Source of the DNA: Candidatus Hydrogenedentota bacterium
Lineage (GTDB): Bacteria > Hydrogenedentota > Hydrogenedentia > Hydrogenedentales > SLHB01
DNA length: 64,000 bases
Reading direction: 5' to 3'
NCBI GenBank assembly: GCA_034408725.1
Contig: JAWXCN010000032.1
Location: forward strand, 1-64,000
Position 1 is the first letter of the stretch. The number at the start of each line of letters is the position of its first letter. Made by a program: the position numbers and the translations under genes. Shown here piece after piece: positions 19,629-29,766 of this stretch. The notes under the pieces are model-generated. The model was not told where the DNA came from and did not search any database. It saw nothing but the letters and a program-made list of their open reading frames with translations.

Positions 19629-21893
19629 ATGCGACGCGTCACCGCAGTTACTTTACTTGGATTTTGCTGCGCATATGTTAGTGCTGATGCACAAGAGCCG
19701 AGCGTGCTGCCTGCAATGCCGCAAGCGACGATGCAAATGCCGTGGTCCGAATTTCGCGCGATGTGGGACGCGCTCGAAACCGCGGAAGCGGAGACGGCGG
19801 CAGTCGTTCCGAAACCACCGGTCCAGTGGTCTGTCGTTGAGGCGGACTACGCGGCCGAGGCGCGCGCAGACAACGCGAGCGTGAAAATTACAGCGCGGTT
19901 TCACGTGCAGATTTGGGAACCAGTGGAATGGGTGCGCATCCCGCTGATCGGCGATGGCGTTGCAGTGACGGAAGTCACGTTCGACGATGCGCCAGCCAAC
20001 CTGACGCCAGATGAGCAAGGGCGGTTGACGCTGTTGCATCAGGGGTCGGGCGAACACACCGTGACCATGACGTTCTACGTAACGACTGCCGAAAACGAAG
20101 GGGTCGTTAGTTTCGAGTTTCCCTGCCAGGAAAGCGCGGTCACGCGGATGATGTTGCGCGTGCCGGTGAAAGACGCGCGCGTACAGGCCTCGGCCGCGAG
20201 CAATACGGAACTGAGGGCGACGGAATCCGGCGTCGAAGCGGAACTGGCCTTTCCCAAGACGCAAAAATTGGCGGTGAGTTGGACCCTGCCCGCGAAATTG
20301 CCCGCGACGGCGACGTTCATTGAGCCACGCGTGGCGTGTACGTCGTGGACGCTTGTCTCGCTTGCGGAAACCTATGTGTCGTGTGCGACGCAGTTGCGGT
20401 TTCAGTTGCTGCGCGGCGCGGTGGACAGTTTCGCTGTGGACTTGCCGGGCGACGTGAACGTGCTGGACGTGGCGGGGCAAGGGTCGGCGTGGTCACGGCA
20501 AGACGCCGATGGCAAACAGCGCATCCAAATTAAGACAAATCATCAGATTAGCGACAGCTACGACGTCATCATTTCGTATGAGCGTCCATTCTCGGGTGAA
20601 CTTGTGGACGTTCCCATCGCGCGCGTTTCAGATGTCGTGCGCGAGACGGGATACGTGGGGATTTCGGCGCGCGGCAATGTCGAGGTAAGTCCCGCCGCGA
20701 CGATCGAAGGGCTCACGCGGCTCGACGCGGCGGAGTTGCCGGTGGAATTACGCGCGATGTCGCCCACGCCGGTATTGCTGGCGTTCCGGCATGGCGAGGG
20801 CGAACGGCTGCTCGCCGTTGATGTGCGGCGGTTGGAGGATGTCGCCGTGCCGGATTCAACAATTGAATATGCCAGCATCACGACACTCGTCACCGAAGAT
20901 GGTATGGCGGTCACGCGCGCGTCATACGAAGTGCGCAACAGCGTGCGTCAGTTTTTGCGGGTGCGCGTTGACGAGAAAGCGGAGATTTGGTCCGCGCTCG
21001 TGGGTGATCGCGTTGTGAAACCCGCGCGCGACGCGACAACGGGCGAAATTTTGATCCCACTGTCGAAGTCGGTCGAGGTTGATCGCCGGTTGGGCAGTTT
21101 TCCTGTGCATTTGTTGTATATGGAACGCATCGCCGCACCGAAGGGATTGTGGAGCACCACAAACCTTTCAGCACCGGCAACGGACATTTTCGCAAATTCG
21201 GTGGAATGGGAAGTGCAACTGCCGGAACAGCGACCTTTGTACCGCGCGACGGGTGATTTAGAGCGGATTGATGTCGCGTCGGGCGGAATTTTGGAATCGG
21301 CGCGCGAGCAAGTGCGTCCGGTGTCCACGACACGTCAGGAGAGACTGCATCGATTGCGGGAAGGCGTGCAGCGCTTTTTGATCACGGATATCAATAGCCC
21401 GATCGCAACCTCAGAAGGAAATGTTGATCGATATTCGGGCCAGAAGCTCAGTCCCGAGCAGACCGGGGCGGGTAAGGCGTCGTCATCAATCGCAGGCGTG
21501 CTACCGGTGTCGATTTCATTGCCGGAAGCGGGTTACTCCTACAGGTTCGGCACGATTTTGGCAGAACAGGGCAAACCGCTGTCGCTGTCGTTGACGACGC
21601 TGCCACGCGCGATTCCGTTGACGCTTCGATATACAGTCTTGGGGTTCGCGTTGTTACTGGGCGTGACCCTGGCCAGGCTCGCTGTGACCAGCGCGTACCG
21701 CAAGAGATTCGGCAGGCGCGCTGCAACCGTACTTGCAGTTGGAATTGGAACAGTTGCCTGCGCGGTGTATGTCGACGGCGTCTCACTACTGGAAGCGACG
21801 GTAACAATTGCGGGCTCGTTTGTGTTGGTGCTGTTTGCTGCGAGGGCGCGCTCACAATTCCTCTTGGTTCAGCCGGCGCCGGAAGTGCGTTAG
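19629..21893 (+). CDS. Large exported beta-rich protein with C-terminal TM helices, function unknown
   Basis: GGGAGG RBS; signal peptide; GVLPV.I.LP..G..YRF near C-terminus followed by 3 hydrophobic segments. Confidence 0.8.
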   Translation: MRRVTAVTLLGFCCAYVSADAQEPSVLPAMPQATMQMPWSEFRAMWDALETAEAETAAVVPKPPVQWSVVEADYAAEARADNASVKITARFHVQIWEPVEWVRIPLIGDGVAVTEVTFDDAPANLTPDEQGRLTLLHQGSGEHTVTMTFYVTTAENEGVVSFEFPCQESAVTRMMLRVPVKDARVQASAASNTELRATESGVEAELAFPKTQKLAVSWTLPAKLPATATFIEPRVACTSWTLVSLAETYVSCATQLRFQLLRGAVDSFAVDLPGDVNVLDVAGQGSAWSRQDADGKQRIQIKTNHQISDSYDVIISYERPFSGELVDVPIARVSDVVRETGYVGISARGNVEVSPAATIEGLTRLDAAELPVELRAMSPTPVLLAFRHGEGERLLAVDVRRLEDVAVPDSTIEYASITTLVTEDGMAVTRASYEVRNSVRQFLRVRVDEKAEIWSALVGDRVVKPARDATTGEILIPLSKSVEVDRRLGSFPVHLLYMERIAAPKGLWSTTNLSAPATDIFANSVEWEVQLPEQRPLYRATGDLERIDVASGGILESAREQVRPVSTTRQERLHRLREGVQRFLITDINSPIATSEGNVDRYSGQKLSPEQTGAGKASSSIAGVLPVSISLPEAGYSYRFGTILAEQGKPLSLSLTTLPRAIPLTLRYTVLGFALLLGVTLARLAVTSAYRKRFGRRAATVLAVGIGTVACAVYVDGVSLLEATVTIAGSFVLVLFAARARSQFLLVQPAPEVR

Positions 21894-21895
21894 CC

Positions 21896-22645
21896 ATGTT
21901 CAACAACGCATGGCGCAGAATGCGCACCGTGGAATTTGTTGCTTTGTTCGGCATTATGCTTGTCGCGCTGCTGGTGTGCGTGCCGCTGCTGACACGCGCG
22001 CGCGAGGCGGCGCATAGGGCTTCGTGCCAGAACAACCTGAAGCAGATGGGAATTGTCTTCAAAATGTACTCTTCGGAGAATAAGGATTACTTCCCGCCTT
22101 TGAGTCCAATCATCGACAATTGGATGTTCGATACCGGAGCCGTAATTCCGGAATATCTGACTGACGTACATATTCTGATCTGCCCGGACAGCCCGTTCAG
22201 CAGACCCGAAGTTTTCGATTCGTCGCGTAATAAAAGCAGCGCCGACGCGAGCTGCGTTTCCTCGCTGTTTTACATCTACACCGGCTACCTTATTTACAGC
22301 GATGAACAGGCGCAAGGGTTGTTCAACGCATATATGCTCGATCCGATGAAGGTCATCACGGGTAACTCGGTCGAGGTCCACGTACCGGTCTGGCCAGATT
22401 CAACTCGGGTGACGGGTTTGGTGGGCGATGGCGATATTCCGCTCATGTGGGACCGGGTGCCACTCGGAGAGGATGAGTTCACGCACAACCCCGCGGGGGT
22501 GAACGTCCTCCATTTTGACGGTCACGTGGAATTTGTGAAGTACAGCTTTTATAACTCGTCAAACTTTTTTCCCGCGACGCGTGTTGGGGCGGAGACTTTT
22601 GGCAGCGTTTTGCCGGAACTTCCGAATTACTGCGTTTACCAGTAA
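21896..22645 (+). CDS. DUF1559/H-X9-DG-like pseudopilin-family protein
   Basis: N-terminal [41 protein letters not shown]. Confidence 0.85.
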   Translation: MFNNAWRRMRTVEFVALFGIMLVALLVCVPLLTRAREAAHRASCQNNLKQMGIVFKMYSSENKDYFPPLSPIIDNWMFDTGAVIPEYLTDVHILICPDSPFSRPEVFDSSRNKSSADASCVSSLFYIYTGYLIYSDEQAQGLFNAYMLDPMKVITGNSVEVHVPVWPDSTRVTGLVGDGDIPLMWDRVPLGEDEFTHNPAGVNVLHFDGHVEFVKYSFYNSSNFFPATRVGAETFGSVLPELPNYCVYQ

Positions 22646-22938
22646 CCGCCGGCGCACGCTCTTTCGCGCGCAATTCGATTCCGCGATAGTTATTGTTTCG
22701 ATAGTGTCGCGACTCTTTGATGATGTCTCCCTTGTTAACTCGCTAGAAATGTCCCTTTAGTGTAGCTGCCCAATGGAGGCGGCTATATGAAGGCGTCATT
22801 TTCAACCTGGAACGGAGGAACCGGTTTTGCCGGCCTTGCCTGCATACGTAATTGTATTGGAGCGGTTGCCGCATTAGACTGGCGCGACTTACATTATCAA
22901 GGCTTGCGCAGTCTCATTCGGAAAGGACATTACACATC

Positions 22939-24315
22939 ATGAGCACACACGAATCGAATGCCACGGCTACGAACAATTCCACTACGCGGCGGTCATTTCT
23001 TCGTTCGTCCGTCATTGCCGCGGGCGCAGCGTTGGGCGCGCCCGCCATTGTACGGGGACAGAACCTAAACAGCCTCCTGAACATTGCGGTCATCGGCTGC
23101 GGCGGACGTGGTGGCAGTAACCTCCAGGAAGTCTCGTCCGAGAACATCGTGGCCCTTTGCGACGTAAACGGAAACAATCTCGACAGCGCCGCGGCGAAAT
23201 TTCCGAAGGCCGCCAAGTTCACCGATTTTCGCAAACTGTACGACAAACCTGATCTGTTCGACGCGGTCGTCGTCAGCACCAGCGAACATACCCACGCGTT
23301 TGCGACGTTGCCCGCGTTGCACGAGGGCAAACACGTGTATTGTGAAAAACCGCTTACCCACAATATCTGGGAAGCCCGCATCATTCGCGAGGCCGCGGGG
23401 AAGGTGAAGGTCGCGACGCAAATGGGGACGCAGATTCACGCGGGCGACAACTACCGTCGCGTGGTCGAGTTGATTCAGTCTGGCGCCATCGGCCCCGTGC
23501 GCGAAGTCCATGTTTGGGTTTCCCGCACGTGGGGATGGCAGGCGACGGAGGAGGAATCCAAAGCCGCGCAGGATATCGTGTTCACCAACGAACGGCCCAG
23601 CACGGCCGATCCGGTTCCCGAAGGGCTTGATTGGGATCTTTGGTTGGGACCCGCCCCCGAGCGGCCGTTCAGCAACGTGTACTTTCCGGGACCCAAATGG
23701 TATCGCTGGTGGGAGTGGGGCAACGGAACCATGTCCGACTTGGGCAGCCATTGGAATGATCTGCCTTTTTGGGCGCTGAATCTTAAACATCCAGTTACTG
23801 TCGACGCAGGCGGACCCGCTGTCCACCCGGACATCGCGCCCGCTTCCATGTGGGCCGCATATGAGTATGGCGCGCGCGGTGACATGCCTGCCCTCAAACT
23901 GACCTGGTATCAAGGCAAAGAAAAGCCCGCGCGTTGGACCGATGGCACAATTCCAAAATGGGACGATGGCGTGCTTTTCGTCGGTGACAAAGGAATGCTG
24001 CTTTCCGACTACAGCAAATACGCGCTGCTGCCCGAAGACCAATTCAAGGGATTCACGCCACCACCGCAGACGATTCCCGCGTCATTGGGACATCACAAGG
24101 AATGGCTCCACGCCTGCAAGACTGGCGAGCCGACGACGTGTAATTTCGAGTATGCGGGTTGGCTCACGGAGGCCAACCACTTGGGCAACGTGGCCTATCG
24201 AACCGGTAAGAAGCTTGAATGGGATGCAGTGAAACTGAAGGCCACGAATGCCCCTGAGGCCGACCAATACATCAAACGCATCTATCGCAAACCGTTCGTC
24301 TTTGACGCCAATTAA
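22939..24315 (+). CDS. Gfo/Idh/MocA family oxidoreductase, Tat-exported
   Basis: TRRSFL Tat motif, [24 protein letters not shown]. Confidence 0.93.
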   Translation: MSTHESNATATNNSTTRRSFLRSSVIAAGAALGAPAIVRGQNLNSLLNIAVIGCGGRGGSNLQEVSSENIVALCDVNGNNLDSAAAKFPKAAKFTDFRKLYDKPDLFDAVVVSTSEHTHAFATLPALHEGKHVYCEKPLTHNIWEARIIREAAGKVKVATQMGTQIHAGDNYRRVVELIQSGAIGPVREVHVWVSRTWGWQATEEESKAAQDIVFTNERPSTADPVPEGLDWDLWLGPAPERPFSNVYFPGPKWYRWWEWGNGTMSDLGSHWNDLPFWALNLKHPVTVDAGGPAVHPDIAPASMWAAYEYGARGDMPALKLTWYQGKEKPARWTDGTIPKWDDGVLFVGDKGMLLSDYSKYALLPEDQFKGFTPPPQTIPASLGHHKEWLHACKTGEPTTCNFEYAGWLTEANHLGNVAYRTGKKLEWDAVKLKATNAPEADQYIKRIYRKPFVFDAN

Positions 24316-24316
24316 G

Positions 24317-24346
24317 TTGCACGTAGACTCTTTGTTCGAGTAAAGT
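24317..24346 (+). promoter_or_regulatory. Possible sigma70 promoter directly before ATG 24355 (leaderless)
   Basis: TTGCAC-N18-TAAAGT, 8 nt to ATG, no SD. Confidence 0.4.
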
Positions 24347-24354
24347 ACCTGCCC

Positions 24355-24927
24355 ATGGGGCGCCACACGGTTCAATTTAGTTGTCATCACTGCAACCATT
24401 GCTGTACGGAAGTGATTTGCCTTCCGACGCCGTGGGACGTAATCCGTATTGCGCGGGATACGGGTCAAGACCCGTACAAGTTTCTCGACTTCGTCACTCC
24501 TGAAGACATTGACGAAGTCGACGAATTTGATCCGACTTGGTTATACGTCGGCGACCAGCGCTATATGATGGCGCTGCGCCGCTACGACCATGGCTGCCAC
24601 TTCCTCGACAAGAAGACGAAGTTCTGCACGATTTACGAATCGCGCCCGATCCTTTGCCGGTTGTATCCGTTCAAAGTAACAGAGTTCCGCGATGGAACTT
24701 TCAAAGGGTTCACGTTGCACGATGACGTAGGGTGTCCACGGCACCGGGACGGTTCAACGCCGGTAAAGCCACTATATGAACTATATATGCAGGACACTGA
24801 GCACCAGGAAGATTACGAGTCGCTTGTCAAGGTATTCAATCAAAAGGACCATGCATCGAAAAAGCCCGAGGACTTCATAGGGATGTTTATCGTCAAAGAC
24901 GTCGTGGCCGGCGCAGTGCGGGTTTGA
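24355..24927 (+). CDS. YkgJ-family CxxCxxCC cysteine-cluster protein
   Basis: FSCHHCNHCC, CHFL....CTIYESRP..CRLYPF. Confidence 0.9.
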   Translation: MGRHTVQFSCHHCNHCCTEVICLPTPWDVIRIARDTGQDPYKFLDFVTPEDIDEVDEFDPTWLYVGDQRYMMALRRYDHGCHFLDKKTKFCTIYESRPILCRLYPFKVTEFRDGTFKGFTLHDDVGCPRHRDGSTPVKPLYELYMQDTEHQEDYESLVKVFNQKDHASKKPEDFIGMFIVKDVVAGAVRV

Positions 24928-25012
24928 TTGGATTTTGTGATTCTACACGACCCGGCCGTTTGCGTAAAATGAACAGAATCAGCACTTTATGAATGTATTC
25001 GCGTATTTTCGT

Positions 25013-25041
25013 TTGACTTCACCCCTACCCCGTGCTATACT
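25013..25041 (+). promoter_or_regulatory. Sigma70 promoter for M23/bactofilin operon
   Basis: TTGACT-N17-TATACT with TG extension. Confidence 0.65.
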
Positions 25042-25172
25042 CCGCAAACTTGGTGGGAATCCCTAGGGTGGTATTCGGGGATTACAGACAGCGGGATTAG
25101 CCATTTGACTGTAACGGAATGCTGTGTGGCCCTTGTCCCCTGCGTTGTTGTGATGAGCTCGGAGCACTTTTA

Positions 25173-26204
25173 ATGAAGCGCTGGACGGTTATGCTCATTC
25201 CCCATGGGCAGGGGAATACCAGAAGCCTGAATCTTTACTCGATGCAGTTATACGTCTTGGTATCGGCGTTTGCCGTACTGGCGTTTACCGCAGCCTACAC
25301 CTATCAATCCGCCCGAATCGCAAGCAAGGACGTGGAGCGGCTCGAACGCGAGAAACGCGCGCTTGGAGCGATGGCGGCCCCGCTAACGCAGCACCCCACG
25401 GCAATTTTAGCCGATGACGAACGCCTGACCATAGAGCAAAAAGTGCGCGAGGAATACGAAGGGCGCATGGTCGCGATTACCAGCGAGCTAAGCGAGCTCT
25501 ATGACGTCGAGAAGAACTTCCGCAAGAACAACGGGTTACCGCCGCGCACGAAGACCCCGGCGGAATTTGTTGAGAATGTCAGCGCGGAACAGGGTGGAAA
25601 AGGTGGACCTCCCGGGTCCGATCCGGGGGACGACGCGCCATTGGCAAATGATGCGCTGGTACGGCCACCATCGGTGATCGATGGGCTGGCGAATCCGAGC
25701 GCGGACCTCATCGTTCAGGAAATCAACATCCGCACGGAGAGCCTGCGGGAATACAACGAGTTGTACCTCGCGGCAAGCCAGGCCAAGAAAGAAGAAATTG
25801 ATCGCACGCCGGGCATTTGGCCGGTCTCCCGCACGAAACGATCAATAGTCACATCACGGTTTGGACACCGCAAGGACCCATTCACACGGGACCTTAGTTT
25901 CCATGACGGGCTCGATATCGGCGCGCCGTATGGCACTTCGATTATTGCAACGGGCAAGGGGACCGTTATATCCTCGGGCTGGGACAAGTACCTTGGGAAC
26001 CATGTCCGCATCGATCTTGGGGCGGGTATGGTCACGGTATACGGACATATGCAGAAAACGACGGTATCAGTTGGCGAACTCGTCGAGAAGGGCACGGAAG
26101 TTGGAAAGCTCGGCAGCACGGGACGCAGCACGGGCGCGCATTTACATTACGAAGTTCGAATCAACGGCAAGTCGGTGGACCCTGAACGCTACCTTGTCGA
26201 ATAA
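25173..26204 (+). CDS. Membrane-anchored M23 family peptidoglycan peptidase
   Basis: N-terminal TM, coiled coil, HDGLD, YGH, STG.HLHYEV. Confidence 0.93.
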   Translation: MKRWTVMLIPHGQGNTRSLNLYSMQLYVLVSAFAVLAFTAAYTYQSARIASKDVERLEREKRALGAMAAPLTQHPTAILADDERLTIEQKVREEYEGRMVAITSELSELYDVEKNFRKNNGLPPRTKTPAEFVENVSAEQGGKGGPPGSDPGDDAPLANDALVRPPSVIDGLANPSADLIVQEINIRTESLREYNELYLAASQAKKEEIDRTPGIWPVSRTKRSIVTSRFGHRKDPFTRDLSFHDGLDIGAPYGTSIIATGKGTVISSGWDKYLGNHVRIDLGAGMVTVYGHMQKTTVSVGELVEKGTEVGKLGSTGRSTGAHLHYEVRINGKSVDPERYLVE

Positions 26205-26213
26205 GAAGCAGGC

Positions 26214-26669
26214 ATGTTAGACGCAGCAAAAAAACGAGTATACGGTGATACCAAAGTGGTAACAGTCATTGGGCAAGGCACAACAATCATCGGCGAAATC
26301 AAGTCGAAGGGCACTATCCGCGTCGAGGGCGTGGTGTCTGGCCGAATCCACAGTGAGGATTCGATTGTCGTTCAGGAAACTGGGCGAGTGAAGGCCGATC
26401 TGTATGCCGGCCAGGTGACGATTGCAGGAGAAGTGGAAGGCAATATCTTCGCGCAGGACCGCCTCGAGATCGCGACGAACGGCAAGCTGCTCGGCGACAT
26501 CGTCGCGCCGCGCGTGAGCATTGCCGAAGGCGTCCTTTTCGAAGGCAAGTGTACGATGAAGCCGCCCAACGCTACGGCCCCGCAACGCGTCACCGAAGAT
26601 GGCGTGCAACAGGCCGCGCCACAGCGCCAGCCGCAGACGCCGCCCCAGGAGCCCTCGCAGCGCACGTAA
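26214..26669 (+). CDS. Bactofilin (polymer-forming cytoskeletal protein)
   Basis: TVIGQGTTIIGEI..GTIRVEG.V.G beta-helix repeats, I.EGVLFEG. Confidence 0.92.
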   Translation: MLDAAKKRVYGDTKVVTVIGQGTTIIGEIKSKGTIRVEGVVSGRIHSEDSIVVQETGRVKADLYAGQVTIAGEVEGNIFAQDRLEIATNGKLLGDIVAPRVSIAEGVLFEGKCTMKPPNATAPQRVTEDGVQQAAPQRQPQTPPQEPSQRT

Positions 26670-26695
26670 TCATTTCTCAAAATCGTGTAAAATAT

Positions 26696-26728
26696 GGGGG
26701 CGGCCAACGATGGCCGTCCTATTTTTTT
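26696..26728 (+). terminator. Intrinsic terminator after bactofilin
   Basis: GGGGCGGCCA-ACGA-TGGCCGTCCT followed by A and T7. Confidence 0.7.
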
Positions 26729-26733
26729 GTGCT

Positions 26734-27840
26734 ATGACAAATTCAAAACAAACAAATTCAAAGTCCCAGCGCCGCGTGCTTGTCGCGATGTCCGGCGGAG
26801 TGGACAGCTCTGTCGCCGCGGCCTTGCTCGTCGAGCAGGGCTACGACGTCGTGGGCATGACCATGCGCGTTGCGTCCGGCGAAGGCCGTGAGGTGTCGGA
26901 CAAAGCCTGTTGCACACTGGATGCCGCACAGGATGCGCGCCGGGTCGCCGACAAACTGGGCATTCCGCACTACGTTATCAATTACGTGCAGCGGTTCGAG
27001 CAGGAGGTCATTCAGGACTTCATCGGCGAATACCTCGCGGGCCGCACGCCGAACCCGTGCTCGCGGTGTAATCAGCGCGTGAAGTTTGGCGCGCTGTACG
27101 AGAAGGCGCTCGCCATTGAAGCGGACGCAATCGCCACGGGACATTACGCACGGCTTGAGCGGCGCGGCGATCGTGTCGCGCTGCTTCGCCCCGTGGACAA
27201 GAACAAGGACCAAAGTTACACGCTTTCCGGTTTGGGCCAGGCGCAACTCGAACGCGCAATGTTCCCCTTGGGCGAAATGTCGAAGGAGCAGACGCGCACA
27301 ATTGCGCGATCGTTGGGTCTCGTTACCGCGGACAAACCGGAGAGCATGGAAATTTGCTTTGTGCCGGGCGACGATTATCGCCGGTTTCTGGCGACGCGCG
27401 TGCAGGCTCCCACCGCGGGCCCCATCGTGAACTTGCAGGGAGAACTGGTTGGCCATCATTCCGGCTTGGTGAACTATACCGTGGGTCAGCGAAAGGGCCT
27501 CGGCATTGCCGCGGCCAAGCCGTATTACGTCGTGAAACTCGACATGCAGCGCAACGCATTGGTCGTCGGGCATGATGATGAAGCAACCGTGGGCGGATTG
27601 GCAGCAAGTCAGGTGAGTTGGTGCGCGCTTCCGCCGCAAACTGATCCCTTCGATTGCTTCGTGCAGATTCGGTACAAGAGCGCGCCCATTCCATGTACGG
27701 TGACGCCAGGCGCGGATGGTTTTTCCGTCGCGTTCCACGTCCCGCAACGCGCTGTCTCTCCTGGGCAATGGGCGGTGCTCTACGACGGGGACACCGTGCT
27801 GGCGGCGGGGATTATTGATCGGCCCGAGGTCGGCGGGTAG
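26734..27840 (+). CDS. mnmA: tRNA 2-thiouridine(34) synthase
   Basis: AMSGGVDSS, TPNPC..CN, ATGHYA, KDQSY, YTVGQRKGLG, PGQWAV. Confidence 0.96.
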   Translation: MTNSKQTNSKSQRRVLVAMSGGVDSSVAAALLVEQGYDVVGMTMRVASGEGREVSDKACCTLDAAQDARRVADKLGIPHYVINYVQRFEQEVIQDFIGEYLAGRTPNPCSRCNQRVKFGALYEKALAIEADAIATGHYARLERRGDRVALLRPVDKNKDQSYTLSGLGQAQLERAMFPLGEMSKEQTRTIARSLGLVTADKPESMEICFVPGDDYRRFLATRVQAPTAGPIVNLQGELVGHHSGLVNYTVGQRKGLGIAAAKPYYVVKLDMQRNALVVGHDDEATVGGLAASQVSWCALPPQTDPFDCFVQIRYKSAPIPCTVTPGADGFSVAFHVPQRAVSPGQWAVLYDGDTVLAAGIIDRPEVGG

Positions 27841-27841
27841 C

Positions 27842-28534
27842 ATGTATTCTACCGAAGAAAACGAGTATGCCGACGAATCCGAGATGCTTGAAATCAAGAG
27901 CAATGCTCCATTGAACCGCAGCCTGCGCAAAGGACATCGGGACGCGGCGGAAAAACGAGGGCGTTACGCTGGACAACCTATAGATTTTTCTACCCACCCT
28001 GTAATCGTATCCGTGAGCTTGAACGCGGCGCATTGCATCAGCAAACAAAACCAGCCAAGCATTCGTCTCATGACTGGCCTCGGTGTCGAAGGCGACGCGC
28101 ATTGCGGCGAGACGGTCAAGCATCGTTCGCGCGTCGCGCGTGATCCAAGCCAACCAAACTTGCGCCAGGTGCATTTGATTCATAGCGAGCTGCACGACGA
28201 ATTAAGGAAAAAGGGTTTCGAAATTCTTCCGGGGCAAATGGGGGAGAACATCACCACGCGCGGGATTGATTTGCTGGCGCTGCCGGTCGGAACAAAATTG
28301 CGCATTGGTGATTCCGCCGTTGTCGAGATTACCGGCTTGCGCAATCCCTGCTCGCAGCTTGATGGACTATATGACGGGCTCATGGTCGCGACAGTGCGCC
28401 GCGCAAAAAACGGGGACCTCATTCGAAAGGCGGGGATTATGGGCGTTGTGCGCGCAGATGGGGAAATCCGCCGCGGCGATTCAATTCGCGTTGAGCTTCC
28501 CGCGGAACCACATCGTCCGCTCGCTCCTGTCTGA
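27842..28534 (+). CDS. MOSC domain protein (start uncertain)
   Basis: GVEGDAH, RQVHLI, GENITT, TGLRNPC, RKAGIM. Confidence 0.85.
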   Translation: MYSTEENEYADESEMLEIKSNAPLNRSLRKGHRDAAEKRGRYAGQPIDFSTHPVIVSVSLNAAHCISKQNQPSIRLMTGLGVEGDAHCGETVKHRSRVARDPSQPNLRQVHLIHSELHDELRKKGFEILPGQMGENITTRGIDLLALPVGTKLRIGDSAVVEITGLRNPCSQLDGLYDGLMVATVRRAKNGDLIRKAGIMGVVRADGEIRRGDSIRVELPAEPHRPLAPV

Positions 28535-28539
28535 ATTCC

Positions 28540-29259
28540 ATGATTCGAGCCGTGCTATTCGATGCCGCCGGCACCTTGTTGCATATTCATCCTTCCGTAG
28601 GCGATGTCTACGCCTCCGAAGCTGCGTTGATGGGTGTCAACGTATCCGCGCATGCATTGAATGATGCGTTCAAAAGCGCGTGGGGGAGTCTCCGGCCACC
28701 AGACGGCGCGTCGCCGTTCCACACCTCCGAATCGGTTGAGCGTGAGTGGTGGCGAAATCTTGTCCGGCAGGTTTTTGGCGAAGCCGGCGTGTTGGATCAA
28801 TTTGGCGAGCAATTCGAACTTTTTTTCGACGCGCTATACGAAAGATTCGAACAGCCCGGCTGTTGGCGGCTGTATGACGATGTCATTCCCGCGTTGGATG
28901 CGCTTGACGCGAGAAGGGTACCGTTTTCTATCGTTTCCAATTGGGATTCACGTCTTCCGCGATTGTTGCGCGCGATGGGAATCGCGGAACGCTTCCGATT
29001 CATCCTGACTTCCGCCGAAGTGGGCGTCAGCAAACCCGATGCCGAAATTTTTGCGCAGGCAGTTCGCAGATTGGGGTTTCCAGCCAGCGATGTGCTGCAT
29101 GTGGGTGATTCAGTCGAGGAAGATTTAATGGCCGCGCAACGCGCCGGGCTTAAAGGCGTGTTAGTCTCGCGCAGGGAAACCATTCCGGCCAAACACGGGG
29201 CCATTGGAAATTTGTTGCAGATAATCAATGTATTGGAGGCATCCATAGCGACGCCTTGA
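28540..29259 (+). CDS. HAD-IA family hydrolase
   Basis: FDAAGTL, SNWD, KP...IF, HVGD...D. Confidence 0.9.
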   Translation: MIRAVLFDAAGTLLHIHPSVGDVYASEAALMGVNVSAHALNDAFKSAWGSLRPPDGASPFHTSESVEREWWRNLVRQVFGEAGVLDQFGEQFELFFDALYERFEQPGCWRLYDDVIPALDALDARRVPFSIVSNWDSRLPRLLRAMGIAERFRFILTSAEVGVSKPDAEIFAQAVRRLGFPASDVLHVGDSVEEDLMAAQRAGLKGVLVSRRETIPAKHGAIGNLLQIINVLEASIATP

Positions 29260-29581
29260 GGGCCGCCGCAGTCCCAACAGGCTTCTTCCTATAACGTCGT
29301 TTTGGGAGAAGGACCACTTTGGGAGAAGGACTATTTGGACTGCGGTGGCGGAGCGGGTAGCGCAAACACCGCTTTGGCTGTTTATGGGAGAGGGCGTCGT
29401 GCGTGCAGGGTAAGGGTAGACCAACTGTGATAGACAGCCAAAGCGGCGCCTTGGGGGCCGCCGCAGTCCAAATGGGCTACTTGTTAGGACGTGGTTTTGG
29501 GAGAAGGACCTCGCTGGGAGATGGACTATTTGGACTGCGGTGGCGGAGCGGGTAGCGCAGACACCGCTTTGGCTGTTTATG
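29241..29581. repeat. Array of four alternating inverted REP-like units (two tandem copies of about 195 bp)
   Basis: CCAAAGCGGCG..CCGCAGTCCAA-type units at 29241 and 29434 alternate with TTGGACTGCGGTGGCGGAGCGGGTAGCGCA.ACACCGCTTTGGCTGT at 29335 and 29530. Confidence 0.85.
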
Positions 29582-29766
29582 ACCAACAAACTGCCCACAA
29601 CGCCATTCACACCGCTTCGGAAGGAATCTCCGGCGGTGATCTCATGCATGCGTTTTTAGGCGTCTACCAAAATCCATGTTTAATCCCAGAGGGGGTTGTG
29701 GCGCGCAGCCCAGGGTTACGACGTGATGCGCGGCGCTAACGCTGGGGGAAAACTGACTGACTGTCA

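Noticed and set aside
29241-29581. Possible CRISPR array
   Set aside because: Units alternate in orientation, the intervening sequences are themselves repeated, and no cas genes are present; fits a REP mosaic
29161-29649. 162-aa ORF with internal repeat
   Set aside because: Product of the REP array; no coding signals
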